Shown: in pieces, positions 32,472 through 42,277 of the stretch
Layout of the letters: every line of letters starts with the position of its first letter
Position numbering within the stretch: position 1 is the stretch's first letter
NCBI GenBank assembly: GCA_964230645.1
Contig: CAXRHT010000001.1
Coordinates: 352,001 to 416,000, forward strand
Length of the DNA stretch: 64,000 bases
DNA from: Bdellovibrionales bacterium
Lineage (GTDB): Bacteria; Bdellovibrionota; Bdellovibrionia; Bdellovibrionales; JAGQZY01
Direction of reading: 5' to 3'
Translations under genes and position numbers: made by a program
Notes under the pieces: model-generated
Told to the model about the DNA's origin: nothing
The model's input: the letters and a program-made list of their open reading frames with translations, nothing else
Database searches by the model: none

Positions 32472-33335
32472 TTGCCCGACGGATTGCTAAAATTTAACAA
32501 TGTGAACTTTTCCTACAAAAACACCAAAGTCTACGAAAACTTTGACCTAAAGATCGACCGCCCGCAACTGATCAGTGTGGTCGGCTCCAATGGTTCAGGC
32601 AAGTCAACTCTGTTAAAGTTGGCTGTAGGACTTTTACAACCACAATCCGGTGAAGTGACCGTGCTAGGGAAACATCCACTCGACATGGAAATTAAGGCCC
32701 AAATGGGCTCCTCTTTGCAAGACATCTCTTTCCCAAGTTCTGAGAGAGTGGAAGAGGTCTTAAGCTTTATACAAAAACAGTATAAAAACCCTCTTCCTTT
32801 AGAAGAGGTTGTCGAAAAGTTTTTCTTAAAGGATTTTCGCAAAAAACCCTGTGGGCAACTCTCCGGGGGAATGAAAAGACGCCTGTCTTTAGCTTGCGCC
32901 ATTATTGGTCAACCAAAAGCTCTCTTTTTAGATGAACCAACCACAGGCCTTGATCAAAAATCCAGAAATAAATTACTACAAAACTTAAAAGACTATCAAA
33001 AATCTCATCAAGCGCTCATTATGGTGATTAGCCACCACCCGGGAGAAATGATCGAAGCTGTGGACTGTTTTTTTCATGTTAAGGAAGCTAAGGTTTCCCT
33101 TGTGAGCCCTGAAAAGATGAATGAGTTGACCAAACTTAAAAAGGTCTCTTTTGACAGCCATCAAACTTTTGAGATGCAAGAGGCCATCAGGCTCAGACGC
33201 TCTGGAAGTTCCTATGAAGTCGTCGTTGAGAAAAGCGACCACCTTGTCCGCGAATTATGCCGAATGGAGTTTCCTTTTAAAAATTTAGAAATCGAATCCC
33301 TCAGTGCTGACGAACTCATCGAGGAGATTTTGTGA
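32472..33335 (+). CDS. ABC transporter ATP-binding protein
   Basis: GSNGSGKS, LSGGMKRR, LDEPTTGLD. Confidence 0.92.
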   Translation: MPDGLLKFNNVNFSYKNTKVYENFDLKIDRPQLISVVGSNGSGKSTLLKLAVGLLQPQSGEVTVLGKHPLDMEIKAQMGSSLQDISFPSSERVEEVLSFIQKQYKNPLPLEEVVEKFFLKDFRKKPCGQLSGGMKRRLSLACAIIGQPKALFLDEPTTGLDQKSRNKLLQNLKDYQKSHQALIMVISHHPGEMIEAVDCFFHVKEAKVSLVSPEKMNELTKLKKVSFDSHQTFEMQEAIRLRRSGSSYEVVVEKSDHLVRELCRMEFPFKNLEIESLSADELIEEIL

Positions 33336-34063
33336 GACAGTTTATTTCCCACATACAATCCCAACTCCGTATTTGTTTTCGAGATCCCGCCTATATGTTT
33401 ACGAGCATCTTGCTACCCACGGGACTTTACTGGTTTTTTGCTGTTCCTGAATCAAAAAGTGCTTTTGCCGCAAAATTTATGACTGGCTCTTTTGCCGCTT
33501 TTGCATTCTTTGGGATCATCTTTCTACAGTATTCCATCAACACATCCCAAGAAAAGGAATCCGCCTGGTCGTTATATTTAAAAACTCTGCCAATCCCGCA
33601 ATGGATGCAGATTTTCTCGCGCCTCTTTACTTCCCTTGTTCTTGGCTCTTTTGCGTGCTTCTTGATTTACGGGGCTTCTCTTTTGTTGACGCCCTCAGAT
33701 CTGAGCTTCGCTTCATTTCTAAAAATGGTCATTTATCTAATGATCGGTGGCCTTCCCTTTTTAATGATGGGCTTAGTAATTGGGCAAGCTTTCAAACCTC
33801 GCGCTGTTGTCCCTGTTTCAAACTTTTTTCATCTCATGCTTTCTTTTGCAGGTGGCCTCTGGAAGCCTCCCGAAATTTTGCCCAAAGCTCTACAACCCAT
33901 CACACCTTGGCTTCCCACCTACCATTATGGAGTTTTAGCTTGGTCGGTAAGTTCTGAAGAAATTCAGATTGAAGGTAAGAATATTCTTTATCTTATCGCT
34001 TTTGGATTAATAATGGCTGGACTCTATTATTTACAGTCTCGGAAACAAGCGATCGCTGATTAA
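33332..34063 (+). CDS. ABC-2 type transporter permease
   Basis: About 6 hydrophobic helices, GGLW.P..LP and WLPTY; overlaps the ATPase stop. Confidence 0.85.
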   Translation: MRQFISHIQSQLRICFRDPAYMFTSILLPTGLYWFFAVPESKSAFAAKFMTGSFAAFAFFGIIFLQYSINTSQEKESAWSLYLKTLPIPQWMQIFSRLFTSLVLGSFACFLIYGASLLLTPSDLSFASFLKMVIYLMIGGLPFLMMGLVIGQAFKPRAVVPVSNFFHLMLSFAGGLWKPPEILPKALQPITPWLPTYHYGVLAWSVSSEEIQIEGKNILYLIAFGLIMAGLYYLQSRKQAIAD

Positions 34064-34506
34064 CTTCTTTCCTGGCGAAAGTAGCGCAGTGGCACGACCA
34101 ACATTCCAAAGTTAATCCCATCTTCCTTAAAACGGCTTTTGTGATGATCACGGTGAGCCCTAATCACTCCCCTGAAATACCAATGATCCAGCTTCAAGAA
34201 ACGTAAACGGCGGTGGATGACAACCTCATGAATGAAAAAGTAGGCCGCACCATAGGCCATGATCCCGTAGCCAAAGATGGCAACATGGTAGTCGAGCCAA
34301 TAAGTGCCAAATAAAATACAAAGGAAGCTAGGAATAGCGAAAAATATAGCAAAGGCATCATTTCTCTGCCACCAACGTTCTTTACTGGGAGTATGATGGT
34401 CTTCATGCAAATTCCAAAGAAAGCCGTGCATCACATACTTATGCATGAACCATGCGGCCCATTCCATAAAGAAAAAACTAAAAAGGAAGACCAGTAAGTA
34501 CGTCAT
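34060..34506 (-). CDS. crtZ: Beta-carotene hydroxylase
   Basis: HKYVMHG, HEDHH, HEVVIHRR and HRDHH His boxes. Start ATG 34506 or GTG 34521. Confidence 0.9.
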   Translation of the reverse strand: MTYLLVFLFSFFFMEWAAWFMHKYVMHGFLWNLHEDHHTPSKERWWQRNDAFAIFFAIPSFLCILFGTYWLDYHVAIFGYGIMAYGAAYFFIHEVVIHRRLRFLKLDHWYFRGVIRAHRDHHKSRFKEDGINFGMLVVPLRYFRQERS

Positions 34507-34992
34507 ACTCTTTATTACCACGACTCTTTCCCAAATTAGTACAATGATTTTGATGCTGAGCTTAAATCGTTTTGACGCATTTTAATAAGTCATTGTTCAA
34601 AGACTTTTAAACTATTTTTCTCTTTATAAATTAATACCATAGTGACACTAAATTTAGCAGTCTTATCAGATTGATCCTATTGTATCTGACTGAATGGTTA
34701 ATTCCTTAATCATTTCTGAGGTTTAAAAAGTATGACATACAAATCAATAAAATTAATTGACTGTCAGTTTCTTAAATTTAGTCCTGTTATAAACGTTAGC
34801 TTAGGGGTTTTCGTAAAAAAATACAGATGTATCATTATCAATTTAAAAAACCCAAAATGAATTAAAATGCCTTAAAACAGCAAAATGGAGCTATTTTAGT
34901 TATTTTGTAGTAGAATAGAGTCTGAATAGCTGATAAATATTCGTTATTTAAATCAGTCAGAATAAATAACTTCATAAAGCTAGGACATAGTT

Positions 34993-35619
34993 ATGCAAGA
35001 AACCAAGGGCCAAGCCACCAAAAACCATATCCTAAAAGAAGGTCTTATGCTGGCAAGTGTAAAAGGCCTCGTCAATATCAGTATCGGCGGCCTAGCGGCA
35101 AAAGCCGAAATGTCTCGAAGTGGCCTATTTGCTCATTTTCTGTCAAAAGAGCAGTTACAGTTAGAAATTCTTGATTATGCCAACACACTTTTTGAAGAAA
35201 TTGTGATGCGACCTTGTCGTGAATTATCCACAGCATCAGAACAGTTGCGCTTTCTAACAGAAAAAATGCCTTTTTGGTTTGAAAACACCGAACCAAAAAT
35301 TCCAGGTGGATGTATCTTTTTAACGGCTTGCCTTGAGTTCGACGACCGCCCTGGCAAGGTTCGCGACATGCTTTTAGAGCAGCAAAGAAACTTTTTGAGC
35401 TTTCTGCAAGGCGTTCACAAAAAAGGTGTTGAAGAGGGCACATTCACAGGAATCGTATCCGACGAGGATTTTGCTTTTGTTTTCTATTCCTTTTATATGG
35501 GCTTTCACCAGTACAAAAAATTTTTTGGAAATGAAAACGCTCAAGCTCATATTAAAAAGCATTTTAAAGGACTCATTGACTACGTTCGGCAGCCAAAGCC
35601 CCAAGCAACTTTTGGCTAA
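34993..35619 (+). CDS. TetR/AcrR family transcriptional regulator
   Basis: MSRSGLFAHFLSKEQL HTH; GGCIF...EFDDRPG. Confidence 0.92.
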   Translation: MQETKGQATKNHILKEGLMLASVKGLVNISIGGLAAKAEMSRSGLFAHFLSKEQLQLEILDYANTLFEEIVMRPCRELSTASEQLRFLTEKMPFWFENTEPKIPGGCIFLTACLEFDDRPGKVRDMLLEQQRNFLSFLQGVHKKGVEEGTFTGIVSDEDFAFVFYSFYMGFHQYKKFFGNENAQAHIKKHFKGLIDYVRQPKPQATFG

Positions 35620-36488
35620 TAGCCCAGTAAGGACTCTAGCTCCCTCACAAAAAAGGGAGCGCTGTTTTCATCAAACTGAAAGTAAAGCGAAGGCTCGATG
35701 AGCTCCAATTCCATGAGCCTTGCTCGCCCGTCCCCATCTTTAACAAAATCAACCCGGCTATAAAATGGGACGTCCGGTAGGTTCTCCAATATCTTTTCAC
35801 AAAAATTTTGAGCCTCCTCATTCAACTCTACTTTTTTTATTAAGCTTCCAAACTCCTCTTGGGATCTAAAATCACCTGCTTTGGGGCGTTTAAGAATCAT
35901 ATGACTAAATTGATTGTTAAAATAATGAGCGGAGTACTCCCCTTCGGTTTGGATACTTTCCATAAAGGGTTGGATCATCACATCCCGACCTTGAAAAACC
36001 TTAAAACTCTCTTTCCACTGCGTCTTATCTTTTGAAGTGATGGCCAAAGTGTCACTGGATCCTGCACCCACTTGTGGCTTAATGACAAAAGGAGTTTCAA
36101 ATTCAATAGAATCAAGCAACTCTTCCACCACAACATTATCCACCCATTGGGTCCAAACGATGGGAAGACCTTTTTCCTGAAGATCCTTTAAATATTTCTT
36201 ATGGAGATTCCATTCCACTAAGCCATAAGGGTTTAATAATTTCGCCTGGGATTTTTCGATTTCACCAAGTTGTTTTAAAAAAGCCTGAGGTTCTTTTGTA
36301 TAATCCCAGGTGGTTCGAATAATAACTGCTTGGTAATCATTCCAGTTGACCCCTTGTTTTTTCCAAGGAATCCAGTCAAAACTCCAATTCTTTTGAGTTA
36401 GGGCCTTCTCTAAGGGCTTTTCATCCACAGAATAGCCCTCTAGGCTCTCACAAGTTAGTAAAGCACAGTGTTTCATCCTCGCCTCCAC
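35616..36488 (-). CDS. ATP-grasp domain protein (RimK/glutathione synthetase-like)
   Basis: RTTWDY, WNLHKKYL, IKPQVGAG, DFRSQEEFG, YSRVD, ELELIEPSL. Confidence 0.8.
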   Translation of the reverse strand: MEARMKHCALLTCESLEGYSVDEKPLEKALTQKNWSFDWIPWKKQGVNWNDYQAVIIRTTWDYTKEPQAFLKQLGEIEKSQAKLLNPYGLVEWNLHKKYLKDLQEKGLPIVWTQWVDNVVVEELLDSIEFETPFVIKPQVGAGSSDTLAITSKDKTQWKESFKVFQGRDVMIQPFMESIQTEGEYSAHYFNNQFSHMILKRPKAGDFRSQEEFGSLIKKVELNEEAQNFCEKILENLPDVPFYSRVDFVKDGDGRARLMELELIEPSLYFQFDENSAPFFVRELESLLGY

Positions 36489-36541
36489 ATTTTCACAGCC
36501 ACCTGTTATACTCGCTTAGCTTTAAGCAAAGGAGTTTGGCA

Positions 36542-37417
36542 ATGATAAAAGTTTCATCTGTTGAAGGTAACAGACAATGGCTTGATGGGGGAAGTATGTT
36601 TGGAAATGCTCCTCGGGCCATCTGGGAAAAATGGACGGAGGTGGATGATCGCGACCGTATTCCACTGGCCTGTCGCTGTCTGCTCATTGAATGGAATGAT
36701 CTTAAGATTCTTTGTGAAACTGGAATTGGCAGCTTTTTTGAACCCAAATTGGCCGATCGTTTTGGAGTACAAGATCAAGGCTCTCACAAACTCCTGGAAA
36801 ACTTGAAGAAACTGGGAGTAGAGCCTGAGGACATAGACTATGTCATTTTATCCCATCTCCACTTTGATCACGCCGGTGGACTTCTCCCAACCTTTGAAGA
36901 AATGGAAAAAGGACGCAACGAACTGGTTTTTAACAAAGCCAAATTTGTTGTGGGTGAAAATGCTTGGCTAAGAGCTCAAAAACCTCACTCAAGAGATCGA
37001 GCCTCTTTTGTCCCCCCACTCAACAAACTTCTCGAAGAGTCCGGACGCTTGATTCTAGTAAAACAGGGCCAGGTTCCAGATGATCTCGATGAAATTATAG
37101 ATTTTTTTGAATCCGAAGGACACACCCCTGGGCAAATGCATACCCTTATTAAGGGAGAGGATCAAACCCTGGTCTATGCCGGGGACCTAATCCCAGGCTC
37201 AGCTTGGGTGCATTTACCAATCACCATGGGCTATGATCGCTATCCAGAAAAACTCATCGAAGAAAAAGAAAAACTTTATGAGCAATTTGCTGATAAAAAT
37301 TTAAAGATTTTTTTCACCCACGACCCTGTGTACGCCATGGGGGAACTTGAAAAAACCGAGAAAGGAAAATTTCAGGTTAAGAACAAAAAAGAGAATTTCG
37401 AACAGTTGGAAATCTAA
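36542..37417 (+). CDS. MBL-fold metallo-hydrolase (YtnP-like)
   Basis: LDGGSMFG, SHLHFDHAGG, GHTPG, AGDL, MGYD. Confidence 0.88.
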   Translation: MIKVSSVEGNRQWLDGGSMFGNAPRAIWEKWTEVDDRDRIPLACRCLLIEWNDLKILCETGIGSFFEPKLADRFGVQDQGSHKLLENLKKLGVEPEDIDYVILSHLHFDHAGGLLPTFEEMEKGRNELVFNKAKFVVGENAWLRAQKPHSRDRASFVPPLNKLLEESGRLILVKQGQVPDDLDEIIDFFESEGHTPGQMHTLIKGEDQTLVYAGDLIPGSAWVHLPITMGYDRYPEKLIEEKEKLYEQFADKNLKIFFTHDPVYAMGELEKTEKGKFQVKNKKENFEQLEI

Positions 37418-37514
37418 AAGTAAAGAAAGGTTTCATCAAGCCATGAACCCCTTTATTAAAATGTGAAAGTCTAAAATCAATCTGACAATTTTGAAAAAGA
37501 GCTAACATAATCCC

Positions 37515-37650
37515 GAGCAAACTGTCATCGGAAGCAAACTGTCATTTTGAGCAAACTGTCATTCTGAGCGCAGCGAAGAATCTTTAACCACTAAGTTCGC
37601 ACATCACTCAACGTCCTCGGCGAAGCTCCTTCGCTTCGCTCAGGACGACA
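37515..37650. repeat. TGTC-tagged REPIN (core 37557-37650) preceded by 17-bp tandem end copies
   Basis: (g/a)agcaaactgtcatNNN x3, then TGTCATTCTGAGCGCAGCGAAGAATCT...CTTCGCTTCGCTCAGGACGACA. Confidence 0.85.
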
Positions 37651-37660
37651 TTATGCAGAT

Positions 37661-39139
37661 TTAGTTCATTGAGTAACAGAAATAATTGACTGTGTACTCT
37701 CCGGCACCGAGGAGATCAGCAAATTCCACTTTGTCTCCAAAGAATCCATAGTCAACACCCACTTCATTTCCAGAAGCTTTATCAACCACCTGTCCCATGT
37801 TTCCATTATTATCAACAGCCACGCATTCAAGGTTGTAGGTTTTTGATGAATTCGAAATTTGCTCACCAATTTGGCCGAGCTGAGTGGCGTAATTGGATGC
37901 ACACACGGAACCGATATGCCCTCCAGTCGACTGACTTAGTTGACTGTAAAAATGACCAAAGCGTCCGCCGTTGCCATTTTGTAAACAGTCCCGGCCTTCA
38001 GCGGTATCGGGATCGACAATGATCGAGTGAAACTTAAAGACGGTGTTAGCGCCAAATTGACTAGACACATAATTGACAAGATTGGCTCCCATCGATTTAT
38101 CGTAGTCAGGCATGTTTTTAATTTGCCCATCACCTTGATCAAAATAGCGAGTGGTCTCATCTTCATCAGAAATTAAAATTACATGCTTTGCAGCCGTGGG
38201 CCTTAAGCAATTGCTGTTTCCAGGACTTCCCTCAACAGCTCTTTCAAAGGCTCGGTAAGTTGTGTAAATTCCTCTCTCCCAACCATTTCCTTCGGGCCGC
38301 GGATTTCCGTTAGCATCTTGAAAAACACTGCCATCATCGTTAAGAAGGAAAAGGCCTCGAACAACATTATTCTGAATAAGGGTTTGCGCCTGATTTCGGT
38401 CATGAACACTGCTTCGAATACAGTGGGTTCCGGAATTATCAAGAGTTACAAATTTACCATCCACATAATCAAGACTTGGCTTCCAAATTTCGTCATTACC
38501 AATGGGTGAGGTTGTTGTAATCGCAATATGATAATCAAGGCCCGCAAATGGATTCATAAAATCCTGAATACGGCTAGCCATGCTTTCTTGCTCCGACTTC
38601 ATTGAACCTGAATTATCGACGTTAATGATAATATCCACTTGATCGGATTCTACTGTGACAGTGATATCACGGCTCATTGGAATGATTCTTCTATACACAA
38701 CAAAAGGAATTTCACGGATCTCTCTTCGCCCTTTATCGTCCACAGCGATAATAGTGACTGTATGATTACCAACATCAGGATTAGGGATAACAATACGATC
38801 TTTAGGGTCACAATCCACCGGAGAGCCATTGTATTCACAAGTGACCTCAGTGACATCATCCCCGTTGGGATTAATGACTTCATAGTCCACAACGGCATCT
38901 CCGTCATCAACTGTTCGATCACCGGGCTCTTCATTGATTTGAATGGTAAGGTCAGAATCCCCACCACCATTGCCGCCATCATTACTGAGACCGCCCCCAT
39001 CGGGATCGAGCAATCTCTCGGCACTAGGTGCCTGATCAAAACCAACATCGTTGGAACAGTTCTGAAAAAGAACCATGCTCGACAGGCCCATAAAAATTAA
39101 AAGTGGCGCGAATAAATATTTCTGAAACAATGCTTTCAC
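37661..39139 (-). CDS. vWA-domain lipoprotein (paralog 1)
   Basis: LFQNC lipobox; DIIINVDNSGSM MIDAS motif; ERGI; ILISDEDE; GSVCASNY. Confidence 0.75.
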   Translation of the reverse strand: MKALFQKYLFAPLLIFMGLSSMVLFQNCSNDVGFDQAPSAERLLDPDGGGLSNDGGNGGGDSDLTIQINEEPGDRTVDDGDAVVDYEVINPNGDDVTEVTCEYNGSPVDCDPKDRIVIPNPDVGNHTVTIIAVDDKGRREIREIPFVVYRRIIPMSRDITVTVESDQVDIIINVDNSGSMKSEQESMASRIQDFMNPFAGLDYHIAITTTSPIGNDEIWKPSLDYVDGKFVTLDNSGTHCIRSSVHDRNQAQTLIQNNVVRGLFLLNDDGSVFQDANGNPRPEGNGWERGIYTTYRAFERAVEGSPGNSNCLRPTAAKHVILISDEDETTRYFDQGDGQIKNMPDYDKSMGANLVNYVSSQFGANTVFKFHSIIVDPDTAEGRDCLQNGNGGRFGHFYSQLSQSTGGHIGSVCASNYATQLGQIGEQISNSSKTYNLECVAVDNNGNMGQVVDKASGNEVGVDYGFFGDKVEFADLLGAGEYTVNYFCYSMN

Positions 39140-39311
39140 TGAACCCCCCCGGGAAAAGCATTCGGTTAACCCAAAAAATAAGACAACTTCTATTAGTATT
39201 AAGCCAAATGCCCGGAAACTAAAGTCAAATTTTTAAACTCTTCAGTAAAATTGAGACAAGCCCCTAAAATAATTGAGGAGCTTTTTTTTAGGATGTCTCA
39301 ATTTGTAACGT

Positions 39312-40712
39312 CTAATAACAGTAGTAGACCACTTGATAACTACCTTCTTCTAAAGGTGTATCAAATTCAATTTTTAATCCATTGATAGTAAAGTCAGGAA
39401 CAGAGGGACCTGAGGTTTTAACTAAAACGTCTAAAACTCCATCGTCATCTTTGTCTTGAGGCTGACAAGAGAGATCATAGACCTTCTGAAGATTTGCCAC
39501 ACCGGACCCAATTTTACTAAGAGCCCCTGTGTAATCGTTGGCACAAATATCTTCGATCACTCCTCCAGTCAGTCTTGAGGTCAGTTCGTAAGCCGAACCG
39601 TAGCTTTCGTCTGGTCCTTTGCAACGATCATCTCCTGTTCGAACCACAATCGAGTTGAACTGGAACTTTTTCTTTTCCGACCAAGCATTTTTCACAAACT
39701 CGACAAGATTTTGACCTTCACTTTTATGAAGCTCAGTCAGTGGGTTACCCACTCCGTTGACAAGAGTTTCGTTCTCATCGGAAATAACCACCACAGAAAG
39801 TGTGGCATCACTGCGATAAAAGGATTTTAATCTCTGGTTTTCAACACTGTTGTCAGAGCTTAGATATCTTTCAATAGACCGATAGGTGTTTCTGATGCCT
39901 CGTTCGTGTCCATTTCCTTGCTCAGGTCTAAAGATTGTCTCTTCAAAGAGTTTTTTAGCCTGTCCAAGTGGTGTGCTTGCTTCAAGATAGTAGTTACCAT
40001 TGGGAAAACGGAGTAGCACACCATCGGCATAAGGATCCACTTGTCCTGTTTGAGGCTCTTTTCTATAAGGGTCGGTGGTGATGATCCCCACTCTCCAATT
40101 GAGCTTATTAATTTTGGCAAAAAAGTTACTAATACGGTCAGCCACTTTCTGCTGTTCTTCGTGCATTGATATGGAGTTATCGACCACGAAAAGAATATCT
40201 GCTTTTTGCTCTTCGATTTCCACTTGAATATCTGTCGTTCTTCTAAAGATTTCGCGACTGACCTTCCAGTCCTCTTCAATCTTAGCCACAAGTCCACTTT
40301 CATCAATAACTTCAACCACTACGGTGTTATCACCGAGTGGAAAATCCACAAGAGGAATCTCAGCTGAATCAAGATGACAATCAACTACGACGCCATTGAC
40401 CGAACACTCAATAGATTCAATCGGAAAGTCTCCTGGAACAATTTCATATACTAGTTCCGTTTGACCACCTAGCAAATGATCCTCCGGAGCTTTTGCCACC
40501 TGAACCACTGGTGGTTGAATGGGTAATGGATCATCATCGTCATCACTCGGTGGTGGCGGATCGACAGGATCGACGGGATCAACAGGATCAGGAGTGGGTG
40601 TTTGAGAACTGGCGGAATGTGGATTTTGCTCAACAGAGTTAAAAGCCACATCTTCCTGCTTACAAGCACCTAGAGACACAACAAAAATTAATAAAAAGAC
40701 TAGACGAAACAC
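39312..40712 (-). CDS. vWA-domain lipoprotein (paralog 2)
   Basis: LGAC lipobox; PDPVDPVDPVDPPPP linker; DILFVVDNSISM; VISDENE; DICANDY. Confidence 0.78.
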   Translation of the reverse strand: MFRLVFLLIFVVSLGACKQEDVAFNSVEQNPHSASSQTPTPDPVDPVDPVDPPPPSDDDDDPLPIQPPVVQVAKAPEDHLLGGQTELVYEIVPGDFPIESIECSVNGVVVDCHLDSAEIPLVDFPLGDNTVVVEVIDESGLVAKIEEDWKVSREIFRRTTDIQVEIEEQKADILFVVDNSISMHEEQQKVADRISNFFAKINKLNWRVGIITTDPYRKEPQTGQVDPYADGVLLRFPNGNYYLEASTPLGQAKKLFEETIFRPEQGNGHERGIRNTYRSIERYLSSDNSVENQRLKSFYRSDATLSVVVISDENETLVNGVGNPLTELHKSEGQNLVEFVKNAWSEKKKFQFNSIVVRTGDDRCKGPDESYGSAYELTSRLTGGVIEDICANDYTGALSKIGSGVANLQKVYDLSCQPQDKDDDGVLDVLVKTSGPSVPDFTINGLKIEFDTPLEEGSYQVVYYCY

Positions 40713-40818
40713 AATTCCCCCAATGATATTTCTAGATCGGTCAATTGACCTGTCAAAATTAGCAATCCTTTATTTTCTAGACTTGAAGCCGCTTTCACGA
40801 CTCAGTTTGAAACATTAT

Positions 40819-42102
40819 TTAAACATCCAAACAAAAATACTTGAGCCTATAGGAACCGGCTTTGAGCGGCTCATCAAACTCTAACTTGTCTTTGTCAATC
40901 GTAAATCCCGGAAGTGAACCTGGCCCCTTGATTCTAAGGTCGACCTTACCGTCCTGATCGATATCTTGAGGTTCACAATTAAGCTTATGAACCTTGACGA
41001 GATTGGCCACTCCCTCCCCTATATCAGAGAGCATTTCAGAATAGTTGTCCGCACAAATATCTCCAACGATTCCAGCGGTCCACTTTGAGAGAAGTTGATA
41101 GCTGTAACCTTTGGCTTTCCCCGCTCCCCAAAGACATTCATCTGTATGAGTAATGATGGAGTTGAATTGGAAAACTTTGTTTTTTCCCCATTTTTTTTCA
41201 ACAAGCTTCATCAGCTCTTTTCCTTGGTTTTCTTTGTCACCATCCGATTCGTCTTCGTCTGATACAAGCACTACGGCTAGGGCCGATTTCTCTCTAAAAA
41301 ATCGCGAGAGCTCTCGGTCAACCTCAGAGCGAGGGTTCATGGAACGCTCAAGAGCTCTGTAGGTTGCACGGATACCTTCTTCAGTGTCCCAGCCACTTTC
41401 ATTGCGTCTGACTTCACTGGCAAAAAGCTTTTGAGCAAGTCCAACTCCTAATTGTGAAGTTAGAAAATAATCCCCATTATCAAAGGGATCAATTCGGCCG
41501 TCGCTCCAAGCCTTATTACTTCTAGGATCTGTTGTGGTGACTGCTACATGCCAATCGAGGTGTTTTACCTTGTGGATAAACTTGTCAAAACGTTGACTCA
41601 TTTCTTTTTGCTCCGCCCACATCGAACTGGAATTATCGATTACAAAAAGAATGTCAGTTTGACTATGTTGCTCGTTGACTTCAAAACTTTCATCGACTCG
41701 GTCAAAACCTTGAAAAACCTTCCAATCCACCTGTGCTCGTGCCTTTAGGCCATTTTCATCAACAGCGGTAATAATAAGCTCATGATCCCCTAGAGGTAAC
41801 GCAACAAGAGGTAAAATACCCTTAAGCCAGTCACATTTAATTTTAAATCTATTTATAGAGCACTCGACCTCTTTAATAGCTGAAGTTCCTTTGACCACTT
41901 TGAAAATAGCTTTGGTGCTCTTACCGAGCTTGTGATCTTCAGGCTCTTCATCGATTAGAACCTTTGGACCAACTTCCTCAATTTCATCGGTCGTAGCTCC
42001 CCCTACATAGGGGTCATCTGAACTTGATTCAAAGTTAACGGCTTCTTTACAGGCCGAAACCGTAAAGAGAAGACTAAGTACAATGAATAATCTAATTCTC
42101 AT
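40819..42102 (-). CDS. vWA-domain lipoprotein (paralog 3)
   Basis: VSAC lipobox; DILFVIDNSSSM; LVSDEDE; DICADNY. Confidence 0.78.
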   Translation of the reverse strand: MRIRLFIVLSLLFTVSACKEAVNFESSSDDPYVGGATTDEIEEVGPKVLIDEEPEDHKLGKSTKAIFKVVKGTSAIKEVECSINRFKIKCDWLKGILPLVALPLGDHELIITAVDENGLKARAQVDWKVFQGFDRVDESFEVNEQHSQTDILFVIDNSSSMWAEQKEMSQRFDKFIHKVKHLDWHVAVTTTDPRSNKAWSDGRIDPFDNGDYFLTSQLGVGLAQKLFASEVRRNESGWDTEEGIRATYRALERSMNPRSEVDRELSRFFREKSALAVVLVSDEDESDGDKENQGKELMKLVEKKWGKNKVFQFNSIITHTDECLWGAGKAKGYSYQLLSKWTAGIVGDICADNYSEMLSDIGEGVANLVKVHKLNCEPQDIDQDGKVDLRIKGPGSLPGFTIDKDKLEFDEPLKAGSYRLKYFCLDV

Positions 42103-42277
42103 AAGAGATCCTTTAAAAAAGTTACTCTTATTTGATCGGGACCCGACTAGACGAGAGAAAGGCTTCCAGAGCGGGTTCTAGACTTTCGATTTGCAATTCT
42201 GTTTTGTATTGAAACGAATTAAGACTAAATAACAGACTCTGACTGAGACTGCTTAAGAGTTTGACGAATTCTAGAAA

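Noticed and set aside
37515..37570. 17-bp tandem units (and similar ones at 20149 and 57624) as a mini-CRISPR
   Set aside because: No unique 25-45 nt spacers and no cas genes; the units are partial REP ends.
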